A stretch of DNA of 64,000 bases from positions 54,562,001-54,626,000 of the forward strand of contig NW_024704743.1 in NCBI RefSeq assembly GCF_018977255.1, written 5' to 3'. Of the stretch, positions 1 to 12,345 are shown piece by piece. Source of the DNA: Callorhinchus milii. Taxonomy: Eukaryota. Made by a program: the position numbers and the translations under genes. Under the pieces are notes generated by a model, which saw only the letters and a program-made list of their open reading frames with translations, had not been told where the DNA came from and did not search any database. Within the stretch, counting starts at the first letter, position 1. Each line of letters begins with the position of its first letter.

Positions 1-1706
1 TATGACAAACTAAAGAGCATGAAGTCATGTAAATGGATGTTTAACATTCCATGGCAGTATTTGAAGAGCAAATTAAGTTTCTCTCATTGAAACTGAACCT
101 GTCGTTTGTGCACACAGGAGTTAAGATGCTGGAGAAACCCAAACAGCAGATGCGCCCAGAACCAAATAAATATCATATGGGTTTCCTTCACCAATTTTTC
201 TCCCCAGTCCTAAAGGTGTTAGCCTCCTCCTAATGCTCTTCTGCAGTGTGCTATGTCAGCACAGGGCATTGTCCTGTATCTCACATAGAAACAGGAGGAA
301 ACCATTTAGCTCCTCAAGCCTGTTCCATCATTCTATTCTATAAGATCTTGACTGATATGTACCTCAAGTTCAGTTACCCAACTTTGCCCTCTATACCATG
401 ATACCCTGAGCCATCAAACATAACCCCTTGTTCAGATTGTGGAGGTTTTTCACAGCTGAGCCCAGCCCTATCTCGGCCGGTATTCTCTCTCTCTTTATCA
501 CACACACACCATACACACCACACATGTGGTTCCCTCTGATCAGGAGCCACCGCTGTTTTTCCTCCACCGCCGTACCCCGGACACTCCTCTCTCTAGGCCA
601 GCAACACCGAGGCCAAACGTCATGCCTCTTGCGTCATGTCATCTCCGTTAAGAACATCAACCCTGGTTCCTTCCTGGTCTTTGTGGCTCCAGCTGTTCCC
701 TGGACCAACCCACTCTCTGAGCCATCAGGATTGAGCTCCAGAACAGGAGGGATTCACTCTGTACCTGGTTGGTCTGGGCTCCTCCTGGCGGCTGAGGGTT
801 TTGTGCCAGCACATCACATCTCACTGAGGGCTCTCCTCAGCTTGCAATTGAGCAGAGAATCCAGGCTCCATTCTCAATAGTGACAGGCAGCCAGAAGTAG
901 AAGGTTCCCCCTTTGATAGAGAGGGTTGTGTAAGGAGGAGTGTGAGAGAAAGAGAGAGAGAGATTGAAAAGACAGAGGTTGCCTGTGGCCAAGTCTTGAA
1001 GCTGAATAAACAGCATGAGAGAAACACTATGTTTTTTTAAAAAAATGCACAAAGCGCCAATGCAGAAAGGTACTCTTAAACAAGTCGCAGCTATTGTCGG
1101 TTCTGTAATACAATACAATACAAAATGACATTTACATAGAGCCTTTCACGTTGGGAGGACATCCCGAGGTGCTGGACAGTCAGGGATTTGGACCCGAGCT
1201 GGGGGAGTAATGATCTGTATGTTACTGTACATGGGGAAACTATCATGTCATGGATCAAAGACCTTGTGTGACATCAAAAGATGAGAGCGAGTGTGGTCGC
1301 CCGTCTCTAATGTCAATTACGTGAACACTTTCTCACACAAATTAAATTATTATGACTGTAAAAATGAATGGGTAGAAAGAAACGTATTGAATTCATTGCT
1401 TGTTGATCCCGAGGCAATAAGGCAGCGTTCATGCTTGTGGCTACAACTTTTTCGACGTGTTGACCTGCAAAATGTACTGTGTAATCGATCTCCCTCAGCA
1501 ACAGTTATGGAACAGCCACAAACAAAGCGGCAATCCCATCTTCCATTGTACTGTCTTTCTCGCAGATTACTCGTGGGTCTGTGTTCGTGGAGCTATTTAC
1601 AGATTGTAACAGGGTTTTGGTGTAGAGGGTAGAGATAGTCTTGACTGGTATAGGAATCAGGAATGTATGATAGAAAGATAGGAACAGCAGTAGGCCATTC
1701 TTCATT

Positions 1707-2178
<472 letters not shown>

Positions 2179-3425
2179 ACCCGCAAGCTTCTGACTCAAA
2201 GGAGAGAGTGCTACCAGGTGAGTCAAGCTTATAGATCTTTCATAAGGCAGCATTGTATTTTCTACCTATAGATAGAAAACAGTCTGCAACATTACTGAAC
2301 TAACTCTGTTAAATGGAATGTGCTTCAGGATACTGCTGGAATTTAACCAGCTAAAACCATGTAGCTTGCTATTGAGAGCACTGTTTGGATTAGGAGCATG
2401 AGAGGATCGAAAATAGGGCCTTAGAGTATACCAAAAGTGTCCTGAAATTGACATTAGCCTATATTAGATTTACTGACCTATGTAGATTCACCACCTCTAA
2501 AACAGTGATTTGAAAGGAAGCCTGTTTATAAAGGAACCAGGCATATTATTCCCAACAAAATCTCCATTTAATTTCATACTTCCTGAATACCAACCTTTCC
2601 CCTTTTCCCAACTGCCTCAACAATATCGAGCTGTTTGTTAAATAAATTGCATTATGGCCCTATTGCCCTTCTTAGAGGGGATCCAAACCACTGTTCATTT
2701 AATTCTGTCAATTGATTATCATCTTTGTAAATACATACTTCCTGGTGTAAGTCATAAAATTGACCTTCATAAACATGTGACCTCTTGTCCTGCTATCTTG
2801 GTGTATCTAAAAGTATTAGGAACAAAGAATTTTAGGAACAGAAGGAGGCCAATCAGCCTGCCTACTATCTTCCACCAGTTTATTAGATCATGGCACAGAT
2901 CTTTCAATTCCATTTAATATCTTTTACATTACGTCCATTTAAACTCTCAACTCCCACACATATAGAATATTGTATGGACCTATGTATGTCTGTATGTATC
3001 CCCATTAAACTTAGGTAAATCTAGACTATGGTAGAATTTTTCCCCATTAATCTGTAGTTTAACCAAAGGTTCCTGTAATCATTGTTCCTTGCAGAAGCAT
3101 TTTTCTTTAAATTTTCTCCTTGAGTTGACATGACAGAGTTAATTTCTTGTACTGCATATTATAAAGTCATTTCAGTAGCATGCTCCATATATGTCTCATT
3201 AAAAATGGTTGAAAACAACATTGAATGGATTAAACATCTTACCAACTTTAAGGGGCTGACCATAGGAACTTTTTCAGGCTCTTCCTTTTTATCTTTCCTG
3301 AAATAAAATAAATATTTTTAATATTTCAGAGCCATTGCCTCATTAATTTCCTGTCCACTGTTTCAAATAAATGCCTAAGCTAAAAGTATTTGTAAATTGC
3401 TGATCAAAATCATCAAGACTAAATG

Positions 3426-3832
3426 GTGTCAGTCTGTTTGAGTTGGTAGCACTCTTGCCTCTGATTCAGGTTAAGGTTTCAAACCCCTTGTTGGGACTTT
3501 GAGCTCACAGTCCAGACTATCACTTCAATATAGTGCTGGGGGAGGTGCCATATTTCCGCTGAGATGTTAAACTACGTCCCTGTCTGTTTGTTCAGGTGGA
3601 CATCGGAGATCCCACTATTTGAAAAGAGAAGGGAGTTTATCCTGGTGTCGTTGGCAACAATCTTCCCCCAAAATAGGTCTTGTATTTCATGGCCAATCAT
3701 TGGACATTGCTATGCATAATCTAGCTGTCATGTTCTCCTACATATACTGTACAGTAAATCCTATGGAACATTCTGAGATGTCTGAATGCTGTGATAAAGC
3801 ACTATATAAAATGCAAGGGTTATTATTATTAC
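3426..3832 (+). mobile_element. Old DeuSINE (SacSINE1/AmnSINE-like)
   Basis: tRNA-like head, Deu-domain-like core gagatgttaaac...ctgtctgtttgttcaggtggacatcggagatccca, and tail ctatataaaatgcaag. Confidence 0.75.
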
Positions 3833-4904
3833 ATACCTTGGCACATTCAGTGTTAAAACTTTTCTAGAATCTAGTCTTTACATTGGAAACTTGCCCAATG
3901 TTTCACCCTGCCAGGAATCAAACCCAGATCCTCTCGCTTGTGAGGCGAGTGCTCTAACCGCTGAACTACTGGACTCCACAATGACCGTGTTTGAAGGTGA
4001 ACTCGAGAGCCAATTTGCATACAGAAATGCTCCACAAACAACCACTGAATGATCAAATTTAATTGAGAGATTATGCAAATTCCAATTAAAGAGAAGATAA
4101 AAAGGTACCTTTTTCCATTATCCTCTGTCAGATCTTCTATCTCCTTAGATTTATCTATCTGAGAATCAAATGTTCCCACAGCTGAATCTTCTAGTTGCAT
4201 TGTTGCTTACTCAACTGAAATATCAAAACATTTATTTAGCTGCAGAAAATTAATTAGAAGATTCATATTTGTAAAACTGTTAGAATGACATAAAACAAAT
4301 ATTAACAACAATATGCTCAGATCAGTTACATCCCAAATTCTAGCAGTTTCTTCAAGTAAATCAAGGATAGTTAAATAACTGGTTTGATCCATGGATTCCA
4401 ATAAAGAGCAACACTTTGCACTGGAGATCTGTTGTCTATCTCAAAGCTTAGCCATTTGTTTTCACTCACTCACAGGAGAAAATGCAGTGTCTCTTGGTTA
4501 ACAGCAATATAAACCATGTGACGTTCCCAAACTGTAAAAATACATCACTATCATACACTGCAATCATATTCAGCTGTTTGTGTGTGCCAACTACTCTAAC
4601 ATCAAGGTACTGAACTCTAATAATACTCTAATTGCAATATGACTGTGGGTACAAAGGTTAATCTACCATGCTGTATCATGGCAAATGAAAATAAATATGG
4701 ACAAATGTAAGATTATACATTTTGGGAGGAAGAATAAAGAGATCAAGTATGTTGAGCAGTAAAATATTAAAAGGTCCCTTGACCCCATCCCTACTACCCC
4801 TCTTTTTACCTCTCAGCTCCACCCCCTTGACCCTAAGTTAACAGACATCGTCAATCTTGGCTTGTCCACTGGCACCATTCCTACCCAATTAAAACAGCCT
4901 TCAT

Positions 4905-5006
4905 GGATTCCTGTAGTGTTAATGGTTATTGCTCTTACCTCGCAAGTGAGAGGACCTGGGTTTGATTCTCGGGCAGAGTGAAGCTTTTGGTAAGTTTCCT
5001 TACCTT
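4905..5006 (+). mobile_element. SINE head interrupted by an L2 insertion; the body resumes near 5948-6065
   Basis: Degenerate tRNA-like head colinear with the SINE at 58542-58920. Confidence 0.7.
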
Positions 5007-5007
5007 A

Positions 5008-5800
5008 CAACAACAACAACAAGATTCCATTTATTGAGCGCCTTTCACGTCGAGAGGATGTCCCAAGGCGCTGTACAGTTGGGTCAGGACCCGAGCAAAG
5101 GGGAAATGGTCAGGGTGAGGGGAGGGAAGGGAGGGAGCGAAGGGGGGGGAAATAGTCAGGGTGAGGGGAGGGAAGGGAGGGAGCGAAGAAGGGGGAAATG
5201 GTCAGGGTGAGGGGAGGGAAGGGAGGGGGCGAGGAGGGGGTAGAGAGTCGAGAGGAGAGCTGAAGGCACGGTCAAAGAGAAAGGTCTTGAGACCGGCCTT
5301 GAAGGAGGAAAGGGACGAGGCGGCGAAGGCACTGGGGGATAGAGTCCCAGAGCCTGGGGGCTGAGAGGCTGAAGGCCCGGCCACCGATGGTAGGGTGGTT
5401 GGGGCGGGGGATGTGGAGCAGACCGGAGCCAGAGGAACGGAGGGTACAGGTAGGTAGGGGGATAGTAGGTCGGAGAGGTAGGGGGGAGCGAGGCCGTGAA
5501 TGCTCTTGTAGGTGAGGATGAGGATCTTGAATTCGATCCTCTGGGGGATGGGGAGCCAGTGGAGGCGAGCGAGGGTGGGAGTGATGTGGTCGCGAAGCCT
5601 GGTGCGGGACAGTACACGAGCTGCAGAGTTCTGAATGACCTGCAGCTTGTGGAGGGAGGTGCCGGGAAGGCCGGCGAGGAGAGAGTTCCCATAGTCCAGC
5701 CTTGAGGTGATAAAGGCGTGGACCAGAGTTTCAGCAGCGTGAGGGGTGAGGTAGTGCTGTAGTCTTGCGACATTCCGGAGGCGATGGAAGGCGGTGCCAG
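5008..5800 (-). mobile_element. Young L2-clade LINE 3' fragment (ORF2 C-terminus and 3' UTR)
   Basis: ORF 5202..5822 has AETLVHAFITSRLDYGNSLLAGLP...LHWLPIPQRIEFKIL; ends in a (TTG)n tail. Confidence 0.92.
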
Positions 5801-6899
5801 TTGTGGCGCAGATATTACACACCTCTAAGTAGGTGTGATGAATAATAATAATCCTTGCATTTGATATAGCGCTTTATTAAGTCTGTAAAGTGCATTGACT
5901 GTATATTGTGTGGGCGAAACGCAGCAACCAATTGCAGTAATTATTATAAGTAGGAATCTGGTTGTTAGTCGAATGGTGGGTCGCTTTTACGGGGGTAATA
6001 ATCGCTTAAAAAAACGATAAATTTGTCACTCAATCCATGACTGTTTGTGGGAAACTGCTGTGTGCAGTTGTGGTAAAAAAGGGAAGTGGTTTCAGGCAGG
6101 GAGGGCTTCAGCCTAAACTGATCCCCTGCTCACATCCTTGATACAGAATTAGTTTCCTGGTGTACGTTAACCAGCTGAGTAGTTTATCAGGAAGCTTGCA
6201 GAGTTTCTACTATCCACCTAGTAAGGGCTCAAACATTCAAACATCAGATGCCGAATAACCAACCATTGGGCTTTGGAGGGAGGTAAGCTGTGTCTCCTCA
6301 GAATTCAGTTAGTTTTAACGTCAGGTGACATACTTGGCAATGCAGTATTGGAACTGAGTTGATCCTCTATGGTGATCTAAAATAGTCTGGTTTCTGAGCT
6401 GGGCAGGTCTATAGTATTTCAAGATGCTATTAATGACAGACCCGACAGACTAGCTTGTTAGCTTGTTGGCAGAACTTCGATGGGTAGTCTGCTCACTTGG
6501 AACAGGGATTCTTTCCACTCGGCTTCTGTTAATTCGTCAAGAAAAAGTCACAACAGGTGAGTTGATTCTCACTGCACAAGCAGTAGTAAGCTTGACAGTT
6601 GGTGCTCTCAAATCGCAAGCTATGTGGTTTTAGCTGGTTAAACTCCAGCAGTACCCCATCACACACTCTGACAGCCCCAGACTTATGTCACCCTGCATCT
6701 AATACTCTTTGTAATTAGATAGGCAGGGTACAGCCCTCCAGGGAGACAGCACACATTCCATTATAGACCCAGGGAAATTTCATGTGTAGTTGGTATCTAT
6801 ATATGGAATTCTTAGTTTAATTTGATACATTTAAGTATGGTAATTGTTTTTCGCATGTATTACTCACCTGTCTGACCATTGATTATATGAGTATTCAGT

Positions 6900-7430
6900 A
6901 TTAATCCACACTATAGGAAGAATACAGAGGTGATTGAAAGAGTTTACTGTAGGTTGATATCTGGGCTGGCAGATTGCTGGAATCAGGAAAGACTGGATAG
7001 GTTGGGCCTTTTTCGCTAAAGAAGAGACCTTTATGGGGAGGACCTAATAGAAGTATTTAAAATTGTGTAGAATATATAAAAGGGTTCGATAAGATTAACA
7101 AATATATGTTGTTTCCCCTGATTAGGGAGTCTGTAACCAGGGGAAACAAGTATAAAATAGCAACTCGGGGATCAAGAAACGATTTTAGGAGGAACTAAAT
7201 GCAGAGAATCGAGAGATTGTGGAACTCGCTGCCTGAAGCGATGGTTGAGTTAGATAGTATAGATGCAATCATGAGGAAGTTTGACTCATATATAGAGGAG
7301 AGGGGAATGTAAGGGTATGGGAGGGAATAAAGGAATGGATGGAGATTTGTGTGGAGTGTAAACACTGCATGGACTCGTTGGGCTGAGTGGCCTGTTCCGT
7401 GCTATACATTCTTTGTAAATCTTTGTAATC
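6900..7430 (+). mobile_element. Decayed CR1 LINE 3' fragment
   Basis: Colinear with 10940-11500 (ggacctaatagaagtatttaaaat, tggaactcgctgcct, gggctgagtggcctgttcc). Confidence 0.8.
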
Positions 7431-9190
7431 CAATGTGATTGCACCAACCTTGAGAGCAGGAACTCACTTACTAGGCTAAAATTATGAAAGTAAGACAACA
7501 ATGCACAGGATGGGAGTGGCATACAGCTTATATAAAATTTGTTGAAAAGATAGCTAAGCTTATCTGGTTTATAGCAAAACATTGTACTTAATAGGTACAC
7601 GTTCAAATTTTGGTACACAGCGAAGGGACGGCCTGACTATAGTTCCCAGAGAACACCGCAAGGGCAGGCACGTGGCTGATCAGGCAGGTGTGCACTCTCT
7701 CCCTCTCAGTCTCTTCCCATGCTGGCTGGTTTGCGATGGCGAACTCTAGAAACGTAGGACACTCCCAGTACTGTACTGGATTGTTAGCCTAGAGTCTAAA
7801 CTAGGAGCTCAAAGTCCTGAGGTGGGGTTTGGACCCTCAGGCTTCTGAATCAGAGGCAAGAGTTCGTCCAACTGAGCCAGGCTGTCACCTTTATTATTTT
7901 GAAAACTTTATTTCCACACTATAAAATAAGTTCAGTCAAGGCTTGGGATAATGACAGAGATCATCGATGTCTCATTGCGTGATGAGCTGATAATGAAACT
8001 GATTCATAATTGTAAATAGGCTGGTTTATCTTGATCGGTAACATATTAACTGCTTAACTAGTGTAACTAGAATTTAATTATTAATTTTCTATTAACTGTA
8101 AAAAATTCTATACAAATTCCATCCAATTTATATTTTAAAGTACTCAGTGATGAATTGTGCTTTAAAACGCCCAGTGTATTGAACAGACTATTTTGTGTCT
8201 TACTATGTGTCAAACTTATTCAATTATTTATTACTTATAATTTATTACAGTATATCCTGTGAAGTGTTTTGAAACATCTCGAAGAAGTGATAAGATGCTA
8301 TGTCAAATGGAAGAATTATTATTACATGAAATAATAAGGAAAAAATCATTGTTTTAATGATCAACATGAATCAAACGTCAATCTCTCTGAATTGCTTACA
8401 CTTAATACAAATAGTAGTATTAATTGCATTTGATATGATGCCTTAGCACATCATCGAGACATCTCAAAGCACTTCTCAGGAAATACTGTAAAGTGGATTC
8501 ACTGTATATTTTGTGGGTGAAATGCGGCATCCACAAACAGTAATAATTTTTTTTCAATTAGAGTAATAATCACAGGGGATTTCAATTACCCCCAAATAAA
8601 TTGGCTAGAAGAGGTAGGTAAAGGGGATAAGGGAATGGAGTTCCTTCAATGTGTACAGGACTCCTTTCATACCCAATATGTAAGTGGCCCAACAAGGGTG
8701 AAATCCCCGCTGGATTTAGTAATGGGAAATGAATCAGAGCAGATAAGAAAAGTTCGAGTAGGGGAACATCTAGGCAATAGTGATCATACCTTAATAAGGT
8801 TTAAGATAATGACTGAGAAGGACATCAGTATGACAAAGACCAGGGTAATAGATTGGAAAAAAGCTGATTTGAGGGGATGAGAATGGAACTTGGGCAAATA
8901 AACTGGAAAGCAATATTGGCAAACAAAGAGATAGAGCAGCAGTGGGAAACATTTAAAACAGTGATCAATAGAGTCCAGGAGAAATATATTCCGCTAAAAA
9001 GCAAGACAAAGCTAAATAATAATGAGACACCATGGATGAATAAAGACATAAGGGCAAAGTTGAGACTGAGGAAAGAGGCGTTCACTAAGTAGTAAACAAC
9101 AAGGGAGAGCATGACAAAAAAAAATGAAGAGGTCAGGAAAATAGTCAAGAAAACAATTAGGAAGGCAAAGAGGAATTATGAAACTAAATT

Positions 9191-9508
9191 ATAATAATAA
9201 TAATAATCCTTGCATTTGATATAGCGCTTTTCACGTCGGGAGGATGTCCCAAAGCGCTTCACAGAACACACTGTAAAGTGAATTGACTATATTTGTGGGC
9301 GAACGGGGCAGCCAATTGCGCACAGCAATGTCCCACAAATAGTCGTAGATTGAAAATGACCAATTTATTATTGTTTTTGGTTTTGGAGGAATTATTATTA
9401 AGCGTGTGGAGTAAGAAAACTTGCCCAAGGTTTTGCCCTGCCTGGAATTGAACTCAGGTCTCTCGCTTGCAAAGCGAGTGCTCTAACCACTGAGCTACAG
9501 GACTCCAC
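9191..9508 (-). mobile_element. Full-length young tRNA(Ala)-like SINE inserted in the CR1
   Basis: A box tagctcagtggttagagc, anticodon arm CTCGC-TTTGCAA-GCGAG, B box gagttcaattcc, L2-like tail and (ATT)n. Confidence 0.92.
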
Positions 9509-9511
9509 AAA

Positions 9512-9596
9512 AGACAGACATACAGACATACACACACAGACAGACATACAGAGACAGGCAGACACACACACACACAGACAGACAGACAGACAGACA

Positions 9597-9631
<35 letters not shown>
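9512..9631. repeat. Compound (CAGA)n/(CA)n microsatellite
   Basis: Directly visible. Confidence 0.95.
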
Positions 9632-9632
<1 letters not shown>

Positions 9633-11974
9633 TTATCAAGGAATATAAAAAGAAATAGTAAGATATTCTACAGACATATAAATAACAAAAGAAAAATCAA
9701 AATAGGAATAGGGTCACTAAGGGATGGACAAGATAAACTCACAGGCCGCGACAGCGAAATGGCAGAAATATTAAATAATTATTTTGCCTCAGTATTCACC
9801 AGAGAGACGGATCAGGTGGACATGACAATAGAAGAAGAGATCGAAAATAATATAAATACATTTAAGATACAAGGGGGAGATGTAATCGAAAAACTAACGA
9901 AACTCAGAGAGAATAAAACCCCTGGTCCAGATGGATTGTATCCACGTATATTAAAAGAATCGAGGGAAGAGATAGCAGAGGCACTATTACACATATATAG
10001 TAACTCACTAGAAAAGGGAGTAGTGCTTGAGGACTGGAGGAGAGCTAATGTTTTATCTATATTTAAAAAGGGAGATAGAACAAGTCCAGGGAACTATAGA
10101 CCCGTCAGCTTAACATCGGTGGAAGGAAAGATAATGGAATCCTTAGTGAAGGAGGTAATAGAAAAAACATCTAAAAACTGAAAACATAATAAAGAATAGT
10201 CAGCATGAATTTCAAAAAGGAAGGTCATGCTTGACCAACCTCATTGAATTCTTTGAAGGGGTAACAGAAGGAGTAGACAAGGGTAATGAGGTAGATGTAA
10301 TATATGTAATATATGTAATATATTTAGATTTCCAAAAGGCGATCGATAAGGCACCGCATAATAGACTAATGAATAAGGTCAGAGAATGTGGAGTCAGGGG
10401 GAAAATAATAGAATGGATAGTAAACTGGCTACAAAACAGAAAACAGAGAGTAGGGGTAAAGGGTAACTACTCAGACTGGCAGAGGGTGTGCAGTGGTTTT
10501 CCTCAAGTATCAGTATTGGGACCACTGTTGTTTACAATATACATTAATGATTTGGACTCGGGAATCAGCAGTACAATTTCAAAATTTGCAGATGACACCA
10601 AATTGGGGAAAGTAATTAATACAGAAGAGGACTGCAAAAAATTACAGCAAGACATCAATAAACTTGCTGAATGGGCATTTAAATGGCAAATGCATTTCAA
10701 TGTAGAAAAGTGTGAGATGGTATATTTTGGTCGAAGGAAGAAAGAAGTCACATACATCCTGGAAAATAAAAACCTAAATGGGGTAGAGGAGCAAAGGGAT
10801 CGAGATCGACATACACAATTCACTAAAAGTAGCAATGCAGGTTAATAGGCCATAAAAAAGACAAACTGGGCATTGGGGTTCATTTCTAGAGAGATAGAAA
10901 TGAATAGCACGGAAATTATGGTAAACTTCTATAGAGCCTTGGTTAGACCACACTTAGAATACTGTTTGTTGTTCATGTCCCACATTATATAAAGGAATGT
11001 AGAGGACTGGAGAGAGTGCAAAGGAGATTCACAAGGATGATCCCAGAATTGAGAGGTTATACCTATCAGGAAAGGCTGAACATGCTTGGACTCTTTTCTC
11101 TTGAAAAGAGGAGGGTAAGGGGTGACCTTAAAGATGTCTTTAAAATGATGAATGTTTTTGATAGGGTAGACATAGGGAAGATGTTTCCACTTGTGGGGGA
11201 GACCAAAACCAGGGTTCATCAATATAAAATAGGCACAAATAGATCAAATAGGGAAGTTAGAAGAAATGTCTTTACACAGTGAGGGAATGTGAAACTTGCT
11301 CCCACAAGGAGTTGTTGAGGCAAATAACATAGATGTATTTAAGGGGAAGCTAGATAGGTACATGAGGGAGAAAGGAATAGAAGGTTATGTTTGAAGGCTT
11401 TGTTGAGGAAGGGCAGGAGGAGTCTCATGTGGAGCATAAACACCGGCATAGATCAGTTCGGCCGAATGGCCTGATTCTGTGCTGTATATTCTAATGTATT
11501 CTAATTGGGGGATTGCTGGAAGGACACCGGGAGAATCTGCTTCTTTTTTGGAATACTGCCAAGGGGTCTTTAACATCCACCTGAACAGGCAGACAAAACC
11601 TCAGTTTAATCTCTCATCTGAAGGACTTACTATATCAGGGATGAGCAGAATTTCCAAACTGGATTCCTGTTTCCAGAATGTGATTTTTTTCAAACCTGAC
11701 ATTTGTCTAGTAATAGAATCCCAAACTAGACCAATTTCTATATATGTACTCCACTTAAGCATGGAAATTTTCATGTGTCTTGGTATACTCATCAGTTCCT
11801 GAGCCATGCCTGGGCTGTCTCCACAGTACTCCAGGGCACTGCTGCAGACAGCCCAGGCAGGTTGGCGCATCAGCAAGACTTGGTCACTGGGGGCAGCTTC
11901 CGTTAACCCTGGAAGCTAAAGCACCAACAGGTAGGGTGGTCCTAGCTGGACAAGCAGCTTGCCAGACAGACAGA

Positions 11975-12345
11975 CAGTTCAAGATCCTGGTCCTCACCTA
12001 CAAAGCCCTCCATGGCTTCGCCCCACCCTACCTCTGCGACCTCCTAACCCCCTACCAACCTGCCCGCTCCCTCCACTCAGTTGGCTCCGGAGAGCCTTCA
12101 GCCATTCTGCACCCAACCTCTGGAATTCAATCCCCCAGTCACTGCGCCTCGCCCCTTCCTTAGTCTCCTTCAAGTCCCGGCTCAAAACCCTCCTCTTTGA
12201 CCATGCCATCGGTCACTCCCCTTCCCCTCCCCCCCCCCCCCCCCCCCGACCTCAGCTCGGGTCTGAAATGCTGTACACTGTCCAGCGCCTTGGGACGTTC
12301 TCCCGACATGAAAGGCGTTATACAAATGTAATCTTGTTGTTGTTC
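11975..12345 (+). mobile_element. L2 LINE 3' fragment
   Basis: FKILVLTYKALHGFAPPYL, SAPNLWNSIP and tail cagcgccttgggacgttctcccgacatgaaaggcg. Confidence 0.88.

Larger units (their letters stand above)
8560..11500 (+). mobile_element. CR1 LINE, 5'-truncated, ORF2 (endonuclease end plus reverse transcriptase) disrupted
   Basis: ORF pieces with LDLV..HLGNSDH, PGPDG, NYRPVSLTS, YLDFQKA, PQVSVLGPLLF and KFADDTKL; broken by stops, frameshifts and a SINE. Confidence 0.95.

Noticed and set aside
428..880. 150-aa plus-strand ORF
   Set aside because: Non-ATG start, includes simple repeats, no recognisable domain or splice structure.
5099..5240. Regularly spaced repeats as a possible CRISPR-like array
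   Set aside because: Head-to-tail tandem units with no unique spacers, inside a eukaryotic LINE.
9435..9508. tRNA-Ala(TGC)-like sequence here and at other SINE heads
   Set aside because: Imperfect acceptor and T stems, and always fused to a SINE body; not tRNA genes.
8560..11500. CR1 as an active or domesticated reverse transcriptase gene
   Set aside because: 5'-truncated, with multiple stops, frameshifts and a SINE insertion.
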